The notes under the pieces were generated by a model. That model ran no database searches. It was not told where the DNA came from and saw only the letters and a list, made by a program, of their open reading frames with translations. 64,000 nucleotides of DNA from Lama guanicoe. Taxonomy: Eukaryota. The position numbers and the translations under genes are program-made. The DNA lies in assembly GCA_013239625.1 (NCBI GenBank), contig MU054738.1, forward strand, positions 1,240,001-1,304,000, written 5' to 3'. Within the stretch, counting starts at the first letter, position 1. Each line of letters starts with the position of its first letter. Positions 12,070-24,980 of this stretch are shown here, in pieces.

Positions 12070-12420
12070 TGTGGTGGGTCTCTATTTGCCACCCTCTCCC
12101 CCAGATCCATTCTCTACCTCTCCCTGCCTTGCTCCAGGCCTCAAGGATTGATCTCTGCGCGCTGCATCTCTGGGACTGTCTGGCTCTGTGGCTTCTGGTT
12201 GAGTTCAGCCAACAGAGGCATTATTTTGGCTTGAAGCTCTGGCCTTTCCTCTGTGACTGGAATTCTCTCCTCCAGTCTCCAGTACGCACAGGGCTCCCGT
12301 ATCCAACAATCTGTTTCCTTACCTCTGCCCACTTCTATGAATAGTCCCTTTATAGAGTTATTTTCATGATTTCATCTGAGTGTGCCTTCTGTTTCCTGTG
12401 CAAACTCTGACTGATTCAGT
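12070..12420 (+). mobile_element. LTR33-like ERVL LTR relic
   Basis: 'cccagatccattctctacc...tctggctctgtggcttctggttgagttcagccaa...gtgtgccttctgtttcctg...ctgactgattca'. Confidence 0.65.
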
Positions 12421-12739
12421 ATGTAAACGACTGAAGTAAAGGGAGGTGAGTGGGGTCACTGAGGTGTGTACAGGGCAAGGCAGCGATAAATTCCCAGAGA
12501 ACGGGAATAGTAAATGCTTCTTGATCTGAACATTGAAGATTAAGTAACAAGTGGGAGAAAGACCTGGAAGGGGCAATGTCTAGCATGGAGAGAAAATGAA
12601 TCATGATGTAGTCATGCAGCGGTTAGCAGGTGAGGGCAGCTGGGGCACTAAATACACGGAAGGAAGCAATGAGAGAGAGAGTGGAGAGATGGAGAGACAG
12701 GCCAGGCTCAGGCCATGAAAGTGCGCTAAGCAATTCTGT

Positions 12740-12740
<1 letters not shown>

Positions 12741-12788
<48 letters not shown>
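12741..12788. repeat. (CA)n microsatellite, ~24 units with one TA interruption
   Basis: Seen directly. Confidence 0.98.
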
Positions 12789-12789
<1 letters not shown>

Positions 12790-12790
<1 letters not shown>

Positions 12791-13330
12791 ATGTACTGAA
12801 CAGTGTTCTGGGTACTTGGGATTAATTAGACACTAAAACAACAATCTCTCCTCTTAGGACCCCAAACACAAACAACAAACAATATATATACTATACAAAT
12901 AAGTTACATAGTGTGTTAGAAGGTGGTGAGTTATATTAAAAGAAAAAGTAGAGGGGGACAGAAGACCAAGAATGAGGTGGCGGGAGCAGTTGGCAGTTTT
13001 AAAGAGGGGGCGAGGCCTCACTGGATGGGCCACGGTGAGAAGGTAGTTGGTGCAGCCCTGGAGGGAGTCAAGGACAGGGTTACCTGGAGGAAGAGCATTC
13101 TAGGCATGAGGCTCAGCCGGTGCAAAGATCCCGGGGCAAGATCATGCCTGGAATATTCCAGGAACATCAATAAGGCCAGTGAAGCCTAAGTAGAAAAGGG
13201 GAGTGTAACGGGAGATGAGGGTGGAGAGGTTCAGGGCAGGAAGGTCTGGAAGAGCCTTATCAGCTATTGGAAATGCTTGGAATTTTACTCTGAGGGAGCT
13301 GGGGAGCCACCAGAGACGTTTGAACAAGGA
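12790..13330 (-). mobile_element. L2 LINE relic
   Basis: 'ggaagagcattctaggca...gtgcaaagatccc...ggaattttactctgag...ggagccac' typical L2 antisense. Confidence 0.7.
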
Positions 13331-13426
13331 GTTGCCTGCTCTGACTGAACTTGATTTTCTGGACAATGGAAATCAGCTGATAGGACTTAAGGACAGGAAT
13401 GCCACGTTGGGGAAAAGTACTTAAGA

Positions 13427-13592
13427 TCCTTGCTTCTCAAAGTGCAGTCCAGGATTGGCAGCATTGGCGTCACTTGGGAACTTGTTAGACATGCAGAATT
13501 TTAGGCCCAACCTAAACATACTGAATCAGAATCTGCATTTTAGCAAGATCCCATGTGATTCGTTTGCATGGCAGAGTTTAAGAAGCACTAGT
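13427..13592. mobile_element. MER5-family hAT-Charlie MITE
   Basis: 'gcttctcaaagtg...acttgttagacatgcagaatt...actgaatcagaatctgcattttagcaagatccc...tttaagaagcacta'. Confidence 0.85.
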
Positions 13593-13749
13593 TTTAAGGA
13601 TCCGTCTGATAGGAGGGTGATGGATGAATTTGAGGCAGGGAGATAAGTCAGAGAGAACAGGGCAGCAGCTGGGATGCAAAGGAGGGGACAAAGATAAAGG
13701 AAATCAGAAGGAAGGACAATGCCCAGGACAATACGGACAAGTCCTAGAT

Positions 13750-14190
13750 TTTTTTGTTTAATTTTTCATTTTGAAATAACTATAGATTCACAGGAAGTGT
13801 AGGAAGAAATCACAAAGAAATGTGTAGGGAAATCCCACGGTCCCTTCCCAGCCTCCCCCAATGTTCACATCTGTTACAATTATAGTATAGTATCAAAACC
13901 AAGAAATTGTCATTAATACAATTTATAGTGTTTCCAGATCTTCTCTGGTTATACCCACACTCATGGCTGTGGGTGCCATGTGTATCTCTTCACCCTAAAA
14001 GGGGTCTCTTGTGTGCAGCATGTTGTAGGTTCTTGTTTTATTATCCAATCTGCCACTCTACGTCTTTTGATTGGAGCATTTGGTCCATTGACATCTACGG
14101 TAATTATTAATAGACGTGTGTTTATTACCATTTTGAACTTAGTTTTCCAGTTGATTTGGTATTTCCTCTTTGTTCCTTTCTTTTTCTTTT
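13750..14190 (-). mobile_element. L1 fragments (old L1M 3' piece plus an internal L1 piece)
   Basis: 'ttttgaaataactatagattcacaggaag', 'tctcttgtgtgcagcat...ccaatctgccactcta...ttggagcatttggtccattgaca'. Confidence 0.65.
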
Positions 14191-16056
14191 AAAAATTCTG
14201 ATGTTTTACAAATTCAGTTTTGTTAGTTACTTGAGCTCCTGTACCATGCTGTTATTATTAAGCACAACTGTATCAATGTTCCCCAAAGAGCTTTAAAATT
14301 TGCTCTGATTTGCAGAAAGAGCATTCTATATACAGCAAGTATCAAAAGTAAAAACGATGAAGGACATGTTTCAGGAAAGCATCCGTGGTACTTCACACCG
14401 CCTACTTTAGAGTAATTCCAGGATGGTTTCTTTTTCTTTTCTTTTGTTTTTTTATTCTACTTTTTAGTGAATTTACACATAACCCAGGATGTTCCACTAG
14501 TTCTTCTGCCTTCCAGGATCATACTTTCCTTTTACACTCAAAGAAGGATCATGCAAGTCCTTGCCCTATGGTTACAGGACGAACGGCCCTGCAGGTTGGT
14601 GTCTGGCACCCCCGGCTAAGAGAGGCTGTCCCAGAATATTCCTGAGTCAGCGTCCTCCCTGACAGGACGCTACCCCCGCCTGGCAGACCCAGAAGTGCAA
14701 GGAGGAGAGGAAAGCCCCTCTCCTGTCCCCTGTCCCACCCAGGGGCCTCACTCCTCTCGTGCCACAGCCACGCTCAACTGTAGGCAGATCCAGCACAGAG
14801 CAGGAAGCAACCGGAGCCATCGCTGGCCCTTCTCCGAGGATGCTCCTGACCACTTCCCTCTTGGGCCCCAGACCTCTGCCCGAAACGCAGGAACTCAGCT
14901 TCCCTTAAATCACCGTTCTTCCTTCGTGTCACCTCTTCCTGAAGTCCAGGGCCCATGTCTCTGACACTCTGGCTGTATCCCCAGTCCTGGTTCCCGCTCC
15001 CACCCTCCTCACCCAACCCCTGGCCAGGAGAAGCCAAAACATCGGTCAACTGTAAAATAATCCAGAACCTTTAGCTTCCTCACCTCAGGCTCACCCTGTA
15101 CTAATGGCAGACTTTCTTTTTGTATAACCAGAAGGCTAGTGAAGTCTTTTCTCAAATAAAAGAGATTTTATGGAAGATGTAGAGATTAAAAAAAAAGATT
15201 ACAATAAAAATAAAACATTAAACACAAACACACAAGGTGATTTTAGGTGACTGCTCCCAGAGTATTCTGCCCAGGAGCGCCCTTGGGCTTCTGGCTCCTT
15301 TCCCTCCCGCTTCCTTCTCCCCTCCCCAACCCAGCCTCCCCGCTTGGCAAGGCCGGTTTACCTTCAGTTCCCACTACTCTGCAGTGCTAATAGAACATGC
15401 ATAATAGTTTTAGTGGGTCTCCTAAAACCTCTTTTCTACCAGCATGCACTCCTCCCAATTGCCTCTTCATCTGCAGAGGATAAATAGCATGCAGGGAGGC
15501 GGAGTTTATCAGTTGCACAGTGCAGAATGATGGATGCAATCCCCACCTAAAACACATTGGCTAAGGCCAGGGAGCCTTCACCCAGTCCCAGACCAAAGCA
15601 GAGTGGGGCTGTGCTGGGCAATACTGCCCATGGCCACCCCACCCCCGCTTCTCTACCTGGCTTTGTGCCCCGAGAAGGTTGAGCCCTCAGGGGGCATCGC
15701 CAGGCCTCATGCTCACTGGGTCCTTGGGGTCCCTGTCCAGGGCCACTGCTCTCACCAGGCAGCCCCCTCCTGCTCCAGCTTTCCCTGGGAGCCCCTCCCC
15801 CTGTCAGCCTCAGGAGTGATGGGGAACTTGTGCTGCAGCTGGTGAGCACCCGTCCTTAGAGCCGCTTCATCTGAATCATCTGATTTGAATTCTGTTTTCT
15901 TCCAGGACCTGACAGACACACAGGCCAAAGCAGGTGATACAAGGCTCTGTTAGGTATTATCTAATCTTGGTGATCTAGGAGGTGTGGGGGCTTTTCTTAA
16001 TATAGACACAGAACTTTAAAGAGTATTCTCTTTCACCTACTGTAAGAAAAGAGTCA

Positions 16057-16133
16057 GGGGGTGATAGAGTGTGTGCTTAACATGCATGAGGTTCTAGGTA
16101 CAATCCCCAGTACCTCCATTAAAAAAGAGAGAG
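16057..16133 (+). mobile_element. Camelid-type tRNA-derived SINE (Vic-1-like), 5'-deleted
   Basis: 'tagagtgtgtgcttaacatgcatgaggttctaggtacaatccccagtacctcc' plus A/AG tail; AGAGTCA on both flanks. Confidence 0.8.
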
Positions 16134-17439
16134 AGAGTCATATTAATTCATAATTCTGATTTTTTTTTTAAAGGACAACTTCCATGACATTTTGGCTAAC
16201 AAGTGGCCCAGTACCAAAGCTTGGTGGAGCCTGGGGAGTCCTCTGCCTCCACTGATCCTGGCAAGGCTCTTGCCTCCTTTTGAATAAAACTCTGGCAATG
16301 GCCCAGAGAGCTTTCATAAGGGCTCCCGACCTTCTACAAGATACGTGTGTAATTTCTTTGCCCATTTTAATATTCTAGTGTGTTGTCTTCTTCTTCCAAA
16401 AATGTGCAGAATCAGTACAGAAGAATAATTTTTTCCCCTACATGGGGAAAAATTCCAGTTTGCTCAATAAACTCCATAAGCCAAGGGATATATTCTATTA
16501 TTTATGTGCTCCTGTTTGTATTTTATTATTTGATTTGGACTTGCAAGTACTTAGGCAATTATGGATCAGAAAGTGGACGAGAATGTTACTGTGCAGCCGA
16601 GAGAATGATTTACTCCTCCACAGGTCATTGGGATAGGCTTCAAACACAGGTCATCAAACACTTATGGTATCTTACCCATCTTGTTGTCATGGAGATCAAG
16701 GTCCAAATTAACACACACTTGCCAGGGTCATAGTAATGTAGCCAGAATTTAAAGAAAAACTTGGTTTTTAGTGCTGTATCATTTCACTTGTTTACTCTGA
16801 TGGTCTGCTGATTTCTATGTGCTTTAGTGTATCAACAATAAGCTTCTAAAGCCATTAACTCATGAGGGTCTTGACATTCCTTGAGCCCAGATACAACACA
16901 TCGTCCGGCAGTCGGTTTGGGTTGGCCACTGGATTGAAGGAGTGAGCGAAGTCTGGGATAATTCCCAAATGTCTAGATCTGGTGACAGGGAGACCACGGC
17001 AAGGCGAGCTTGAGGAGTAAAAGCTGGATTAGGAACTGTTGAGTCTGAAATCCCTGTGGGCCATGTGGTCGGAGAGACAGCCAGCCAGAAGAAGGTTGGC
17101 CAGGAATGTCTGTGGTTCCAGGTCACATCAGCCAAAGAGGATGCCTTGGCATCTTCCCCAAGAAGAAAATCCTGGGGAGTACAGACACCTAAGGGTGGGA
17201 CAGAGGAGGAGGTCAGGAGAAAGACTGAGCATTAAGGCCAGAATACCAGTTACTTAAAGAATAGTTGCTAGGCAACTGTGCCAAATGCCACGTGGAGGAC
17301 AAGAAGGAGGTCAAAACACACTTGGTAGCTCCATGATGCATTGAGCAACAAAAGCTCTCATTGGCAGTGAGAGTGAAATCCGGGCGGCAGGGGTGGGGAG
17401 TTGTGGGAGGTGAGGGAGCGCGAGCCCCTAGCCTTTCTC

Positions 17440-18350
17440 ATCCGGGACACAGCATCACCATCTACCCTTCACTCATCAGACCCCCAGTGGTCACCCGGAA
17501 TTGGGCTCTTTCCCGCAGCCCACCATCCAGTCCCGCCTCCAAGATAAGCCCCAAGTCTGACCACTTCTCACTCTGCCCAAGGAGCCACCACTGTGTGATG
17601 AAAACCGCTCCCTCGCTGGTTTCCCCTCCTACCTGACTGTCCTATAATTCCATTCTTCGCAGCAGCCACAGTGGTACCAGTCATTCAGACCATATTATCG
17701 CCCTTTGTAAAATCCTCCGCGATGACCCCATTACTAAAAGTAATTGTTAACTTCGGACCCTGCCGGACCACGCGATCTGCACTTTCTGCCTCTTCACTTA
17801 ACCTCACACTTGCCCCTCCCTCTGCCACGTGGGCCTCTTCTCAGTTCCTCAGATGTGTGGGGTCTATTCCTACCCGCACCCTTGCTGTTCTGTCTTTCAG
17901 GCAGAGAGGTCATCCTGCACCCCCTGCTCCCCACTGCCTGTATTGGCTCAAAGCTCTGCTGTTGGCATCTTGAAATTCTTCATTTTCGAACGGAGGTACC
18001 TCACTTTTCCATTTTGCACTGGGCCCTGAAGACGGTGTAGCTGGACCTGCTCCCAGGGATCGTGTTGGAGAGAGGTCCCCTCCTCAGAGAGGCCTCCTTT
18101 GGCCCCCAACCTAAAGTAGCCCTCACTTTCCAAATTTTTGCCGTGTCCTGACCCCCTTTTTATTTTCTTAGTAACAGCTTCCACTCTCCGGTGCGTCCTT
18201 GCTTGTGTCCTTATTTGTGTCCACTTCCCTCCCCTTGGAGTGCAACACCAGCTCCTAGAGGGCAGGGACCACCTGCTCGGTTCCCACCACATCCTCAGGA
18301 TCCTCAGTGTGTGGAACACAAAGTTCCCCGCTGTACATTTGCTGATGAAT
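17440..18350 (+). mobile_element. L2 LINE relic interrupted by a MER91-like element
   Basis: L2 3' motifs 'cagagaggcctcc', 'agctcctagagggcagggacc', 'catttgctgatgaatga'. Confidence 0.6.
17945..18049 (+). mobile_element. MER91-like hAT-Tip100 fragment
   Basis: 'ctctgctgttggcatcttgaaattctt...ttttgcactgggccctg...tgtagctggacctg'. Confidence 0.7.
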
Positions 18351-19167
18351 GAGCTCTTCCGAGACTGAACTCCTTGGAAGCAAGGGAAGTAGCTCAGGGT
18401 GGAATGGAAATTTTAGAATGCATTTGATATTTGTACATGTCCTGATTAATAATTCACTTTATGCGGTGCTAGTCTGTACAGATAAATTCTGACTTCATGA
18501 TGAGGTTAAATGGGATATAATTTCCTCAAATTGTAATCAAGCTTGATCATCTTCATGAAAGATTTTGAAGTCTGAGTTCAATGCCTGCCTATGTTATATG
18601 AGCCTAAAATAATAATTTTAGTTTAGTCTGAATTTTTAAAAGAGGTTATTGGTCTAACTTCCAATTACATTGTGCTCTATGGCTCAATAAAACATTTCCA
18701 TTTGTATTAACTAATTTGACCTTTCCAGCAACTCTGTACAAGAGAGAAGGTAGCTGTAATGTATTACTTTACAGATTGACTCGAACTGTGTTGAAGCTTG
18801 ATGAGAACAAATGAATAATAATCATAGAAATTTAGAGCTAGGAGTAACAGTTGAGATTACTTCTTCCAATAATTTCTCATTTTTAGATGAGGACACAGAG
18901 AAATCTGGAGCCTGTGCTGTGGCAAGAATTTTGATAGAACTTCATTCTTAAGTCAGCGAACTTTATCCATCACCACTGGTTGAGAGCTAGCCAACATTTG
19001 CCCACGAAGAGGGCAATTTTAAAAACAGTATTTACACTTTACTTCTAAAATTTTGCTTTTTGATGTGAATTATATCGTTTAAGTTTATTAAATGAATGAC
19101 TAAATAACTGAAGATTTAAAAAGGAAGAAAAGAAGAAAGTAGATCTAGTGAAGTTAATTACTATTAT

Positions 19168-19727
19168 TGTTGCCGAAGCAGGCTCATTCTGCCCAACACT
19201 CAGTGAGCCAAAACGCTGAGCCTCCAAGACTTACAGCAAAGAGAGGGCTTCTTCACAAGGCAGCCAAGCAAGGAGGCCAGAGAGCAAGTTTCAGATCAGC
19301 CTCCCCAAAGACAAAGGGCTTGGGGTATTTTAAGGATAAAGAATAAAGAAGCAGGGTGGCCTGAGGAGTGCAGAGCATGAGGAAAGGTGCTTGGGAAAAG
19401 GTATGGTAATCGTTGTTCAGCGAAGGCCTCTGCACGTTAAAAAATGAGGGTGTTCAGCACGATCTGAGGTGGAGTTTTGGCCCTCTGACATCAAAGGCCA
19501 CCGTGGACACTCACGCATGCCAGTTGGAGGGTCAGGGGTCCTATCCAGTCTTAACCAGCTCAGCTCCAACTAGACACAGCTGACTCCAAGTTCCTGGAAA
19601 GCAACTCAGGCGAGTATCTCATTGCTCAGACTACATACATGCTGTTTGGAGGACGTGCAAGTCTTAAAATGACCTTGATTAGTGAAGACAGGTGAAATGG
19701 ATTGACTAATGATTACCCATGGTTTCA
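19168..19727 (-). mobile_element. Solo ERV1-class LTR (560 bp)
   Basis: TG...CA termini with exact 4-bp TSD TTAT (19164-19167 and 19728-19731); orientation inferred from resemblance to MER41-like LTR ends. Confidence 0.8.
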
Positions 19728-20672
19728 TTATAATCTACATAAATCATTTATTTGAATCTTTATGCTTTTGTCTTTTACTTTACGTCTCTTGATTTTTTTT
19801 TTTAAGTGGGAAGGGGAGAGACATCTATCAGAGTAACACTCCCTCCCAAACAGGAATGGAATGGGTCATCTGACTCACAGGAGAATCCGTTTGTTCTGAG
19901 ATCTCAAGTTGTAGAGAACGCACTAGGGTTTTGCTGTCTTTCCTCCCCTTTCCAACCTTGCTGGTGAGAGACAGCAAGTCCCAGCTTGTCCACAGGACAT
20001 GTGCAGGGCTGCCGGGTGGCACAACAACCATCAACATTGTATCCCGGAGTTGGGCTCCACAGAGGAAACGGCACAAATGGCACAGGCTTCCCGGCCAGCT
20101 CTCTGCCAAGTAGGTATCCCAAAGGGCAGGCTGGGCAAGTCTGTTAAGGGGTAACCTATCAGCAAGTCCATTGTGGCCACACATCTAAGATGCTCTGTCC
20201 AACCCTGAACTTAGCAACGACAAACCGGACATTTGAAATCCATCTGTTTGACTCCTGTATTTCTCAGTTAATACCACATGCATCTTCTTGTTGTCCTTCT
20301 TAATTAAGATGACCTTGTTTGTCTCCTTAGTTACCAACCGACGATCTGTATTTTCCAACCCACTTAAATCTTGAACATAATGATATCATAATTGTGAACG
20401 TAAGCAGATTCACATGAAGTATTGCCTAATCAAGAACAAAATGGCAGCTGTGAAAACAGATGAAATAATTAGAGGAAGAAACTTTTTGGAAGCCTCAGGA
20501 TATTTTAAAAGTCATTAGTAATAGTTAGCAATAAAATTATTTTCTCGGAAATTACACTTAAAGGGGAAACAGGAAATACAGGAAAAAATCTGCCACTAGA
20601 GGATGAGGCACTGGTCTTCCTAAACGTTGGTTCCATTTTCAGCAAAATGTGAATTTGTTGAAAAGCGCATGC

Positions 20673-20958
20673 TCGCAGACTTAGTAAACAGTTTTATGGT
20701 TACCGGGGAAAGGGGGTGGGAGGGGATAAATTTGGGAATTTGAGATTTACAAATGTTAGCCACTATACATAAAAATAGATTTTTAAAAAAGTTTCTTTTG
20801 TATAGCACAGGGAACTGTGTTCAATATCTTGCAATAACCTTTCATGGAAAAAAATATGAAAACGAATATATGTATGTATATGCATGACTGGGACATTGTG
20901 CTGAACACCAGAGATTGACACATTGTAACTGACTTTACTTCAGTTTAAAAAAAAGACA
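20673..20958 (+). mobile_element. 5'-truncated camelid-type L1 3' end
   Basis: L1 3'UTR motifs and A-tail; imperfect TSD AAAAGCGCATGC / AAAAACGTATGC. Confidence 0.85.
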
Positions 20959-22093
20959 AAAAACGTATGCAGATGCCAGCCGTGACTTCAAATGGGTCCA
21001 GATTTGGACAAGACCAAACTAATGAACAAAGGTTCTCACCATCGAGTTTGTGTTTATCACAATCTCCCGAGACTGACTTCCCCAGGACTATGCTCTCCTC
21101 CTCCTGAGGCAAATGCCCAGACGGCTGCTTCTTTCTTTGGCCAACCGGTCGCCTCTCAGGATAGGACCCGTCTGTCTGTAGGTGTGGATTGTGGTTGCTC
21201 AGAAGTGACATGAGGCTATATAAAATAATGATAGTTTAGGTTTTGCTTTGAGCCGCTCTGTTTTCCAATAGAGCTAAGAGGTTTCCAGCGAAAACAGAGA
21301 ATTAGCCAGTAGTCGAGACAGCGGATATGGGTGTGGTCAGGACTTCCAGGGGGGTCCTGTCATTGCCCATCTAGGTGCCCAAGTGGAGCAGAGAGAAACT
21401 CCAGACTGCAGGTTCTTCAAACACAAGGATCAAGTGGTAAGGGCCTCCGAAAAGCAGGTGGACCAGGTCAGAACAGCCAGCGTGACTTGCTCTGAAAGTG
21501 CTGAACACACAAGTAGTGGTCAGCTAATCCCTCAAGACGTGCAAAGGGGGCCCAAGACAGTCTAGAGGTTTCAGTAGCCAGAGAGACCCAGACCAGCCCT
21601 GGCTGCGGTGACTCTCTACATTGTTTTTTTTTTTGGTTTTTTTTTTGGTTTTTTCTCTCTAAATTGTTTTTAAATGAATCTCCTGCTGAATTTTCCATTC
21701 AGCTAATCAACTCTCAAATTGTAGCGACACACTCAGCTATGACATTGTTTAGATGCTAAATTTTATCACTTTATCTAGTTAAAGTGTGTCTTTATATATT
21801 TAAAAATTGCCAAATGACCTGTCAATCATCTTCAGAATGTTTTATCTAGGAGTTGACTTACTCTATTTCATATTGTTGTTTATATTTCCAATCAAAGAAA
21901 TTTCTCTGGCCTGTAAAAGAATATACACATCATAAATTTCAAATTTTTCAGAAATGTATTTTTAAGGCTTTAATGAGTCCTATCAAAACATATTTGTGTA
22001 AGATACAGTAACTCAAGGTCATTGTTTCTGATCGTGTAACAGCCAGCCCTCTAGTGTTTCGTTCTAAACTCTTCTGCACTTTAAACCATACTC

Positions 22094-22125
22094 TTAATCT
22101 CAAAATGTTAGGTTAATAGGATTAA
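22094..22125. promoter_or_regulatory. CLUL1: Paired CRX/OTX2-type homeodomain sites, candidate photoreceptor promoter of CLUL1
   Basis: TTAATCT (22094-22100) and GGATTAA (22119-22125) immediately 5' of a CLUL1 leader exon; CLUL1 is known to be cone-expressed. Confidence 0.5.
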
Positions 22126-22148
22126 GAACTGTGTCATCAAATTTATAG

Positions 22149-22246
22149 AACAAGGCTAAATCCCTGACACGGAGGAAAATTAAAGCAGAGAAAAGTGAAG
22201 GTCCTTCCAGAAGCTGGTGGAAACCTCACTGAGGAAATCCTGCAAA
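22149..22246 (+). other. CLUL1: CLUL1 proximal non-coding 5' exon
   Basis: 'gctaaatccctgacacgg...aaattaaagcagagaaaa...ggtccttccagaagctggtgg...tgcaaa|gttagt' matches the human exon preceding the ATG exon (recalled); AG at 22147-22148. Confidence 0.75.
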
Positions 22247-23079
22247 GTTAGTGGTAAATATATTAAAGTTTTATTTGGGAAATAGTGTCTTAATAGAAAG
22301 AGAAGAGTTAGTTCCAATGATAGATGTAGAAGTAAAGCATGGCAGCTTTGTAACCAGTAATATATTTAAAAGATATTCCAAATGTTGATTAAATAAAGGT
22401 GGGTTTTTTTTTTTTTCCGAAATAACAAGTACACATAAAGCAGGTAAATAACCCCTTTGGGAGGAGTTTTAAGATAATCTAACTTATTTTTTAGATATAA
22501 ATTCATTAAAGCATACATTTGTATTTAGAATGTTTACAACTAATGTATATCCGTAATTTTTAAAGGAAACATATTATCTGAGAAGAAAAACTTTTAACTG
22601 TGCACTATACATATATATCTTGATGGGTTTTAGAAAATATATGAGAAAAATCTGAGACTGTTTTTGCTTTTATTTAAAAAAAAGTAGTAAATTATTTTAG
22701 TAAAAACTTACTTGAGGACTCAGAATTTTGGAGGAAAAAGGCAATCCCTCTGATATATTTTAACTAATTCTGTGTTTGGGGATGTTTACTGTTGAGAAGG
22801 AGACAAAATGAAGTTTAGATTCTATGGAGCTGTGAGCTGTACTGTTGGTTGCCTTAAATTTCAAATACTTCAGATGATGACCTTATTTAAGTGTCATGAA
22901 TAATATAAATAAAATAGGGACTTGGGTTGTCTTTTTGTTTTTCAACTTATTTAGATTTCAGGTTTCCTCAGTTCTCAGCCATATCAGCATACAAGGTCTA
23001 AAGTCATAAAGAAAAACCCAGAGGAGAATGCTTTGGCTCACCATGTGTCTTCAGTTGATGCCGAGGGACACTAACTTAA

Positions 23080-23316
<237 letters not shown>

Positions 23317-24298
23317 TGAGAGAGAGCCGTATTCACGATGCCCTCTAGGGTCACGGTGAGATGTTCTCTAGGCGCTTAAACCAAGCAGAGGAGACGCCGA
23401 ACATCTGGGTAAAAATAGAAAATCCCAGTTGCGTATCTGAGAACGGCTCACATACCCAGATGTTTGCTATCACACAGATAAAACTTGCCAACTCTCAGAC
23501 TGCATTTCTTGGTCTCATCCAGATGTTTGGTGTCCTCTAGGCACAGCTTTAATGAGCAGTGAAATTCTTTTCTCGCATTTGAAAAATTTAAACAATTAAA
23601 GTAATCCGTGCAGTTATTCTTGAGATAATGAAAGAATGGGTTATAATGACATTGAATCTGGTTGGTCTGTGCTCATTAACTTGTGGCCTTTGCTTGATGA
23701 TATATGCTTTGGGTACTTTGACTTAGAAAAATAAATTAGCCTAAATGTTCCTTTTTGGGGGTCTGCAATTACATTTGGAGGCCAAATTAAGCTCCTTCAG
23801 CGGCCACATTGGCTATTGCAAAGAAAGACTGACAAACAATAAATTTCATACCCACTAAAAGCTTATGAAAGGGGTATAAGAGGTGTCCAGGAGGTTATTA
23901 AAGAATTTTGCATGATTTGATGCCTCCTGGGAAGGTAATTGAAGCTGAAAGAAAGGGAAATTGTTCACTGTGTTTGAGGTTCCCAGTTGGGCATTTAATA
24001 TAAATTGTCTGTGAAAAAAATTCAATGTTTTCTCTAATATAAACACACTTGGGTTTTAAGGGAAAGGAAAAAAATTGGATAAATGAAAACAGGCCCTGAG
24101 GAAAATGATAAGAATGGGGTTAAATGAACTCTGACTTGTCTGGAAGCTCAGAAGTGAGGACCAGAAGGTATCCCCCACGTGGTCGCCGGGTCCACATGGC
24201 TGCTGACAGCTGAGTCATTGTGATCTGCCTCGGGAGTCTGATGTTCTAAAAAGGAAAAACAATTAAGCCTCTATCTGGGGGACATGAAAAATTGGTGA

Positions 24299-24586
<288 letters not shown>

Positions 24587-24836
24587 TGAAGGACTTCCTC
24601 GTTCTCCCTAACAGTAGATCTTCTGGAGAGCCATCCTTATTGGAGGAAAATCTTGAAGGAAATTTCAGATTTCTTCAAAGGCCTTGTAGACGAGGCCTTT
24701 GCAGGACTCCAAACTCGTGAATCTGGGGGATTCAGCTCTGTTTGGGAAGTGCTGCTTTGCTAAAAATGCTTTATCATTGTTCCCCTCTGAGTCAGGATAT
24801 TGAGTCAAAAGTGTTCAAGGAAGAGGGGAAAGGTAT

Positions 24837-24980
24837 GGGGGAGGATGTAGCTCAGTGGCAGAGTGTGTGCTTGCCATGACGAGGTCCTGGGCTCAATCCC
24901 CAGTACCTCTATTAAGAATAGATAAATAAAAACCCAATTACCTCCTCCCCTCAAAAAAACAAACAAACAAAAGAATTAAA
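24837..24980 (+). mobile_element. Camelid-type tRNA-derived SINE (Vic-1-like)
   Basis: 'ggggaggatgtagctcagtggcagagtgtgtgcttgccatgacgaggtcctgggctcaatccccagtacctc' with A-box/B-box and A-rich tail. Confidence 0.85.

Noticed and set aside
21217-21225. TATATAAAA as the CLUL1 TATA box
   Set aside because: About 930 bp from the nearest supported exon, with no linked exon evidence
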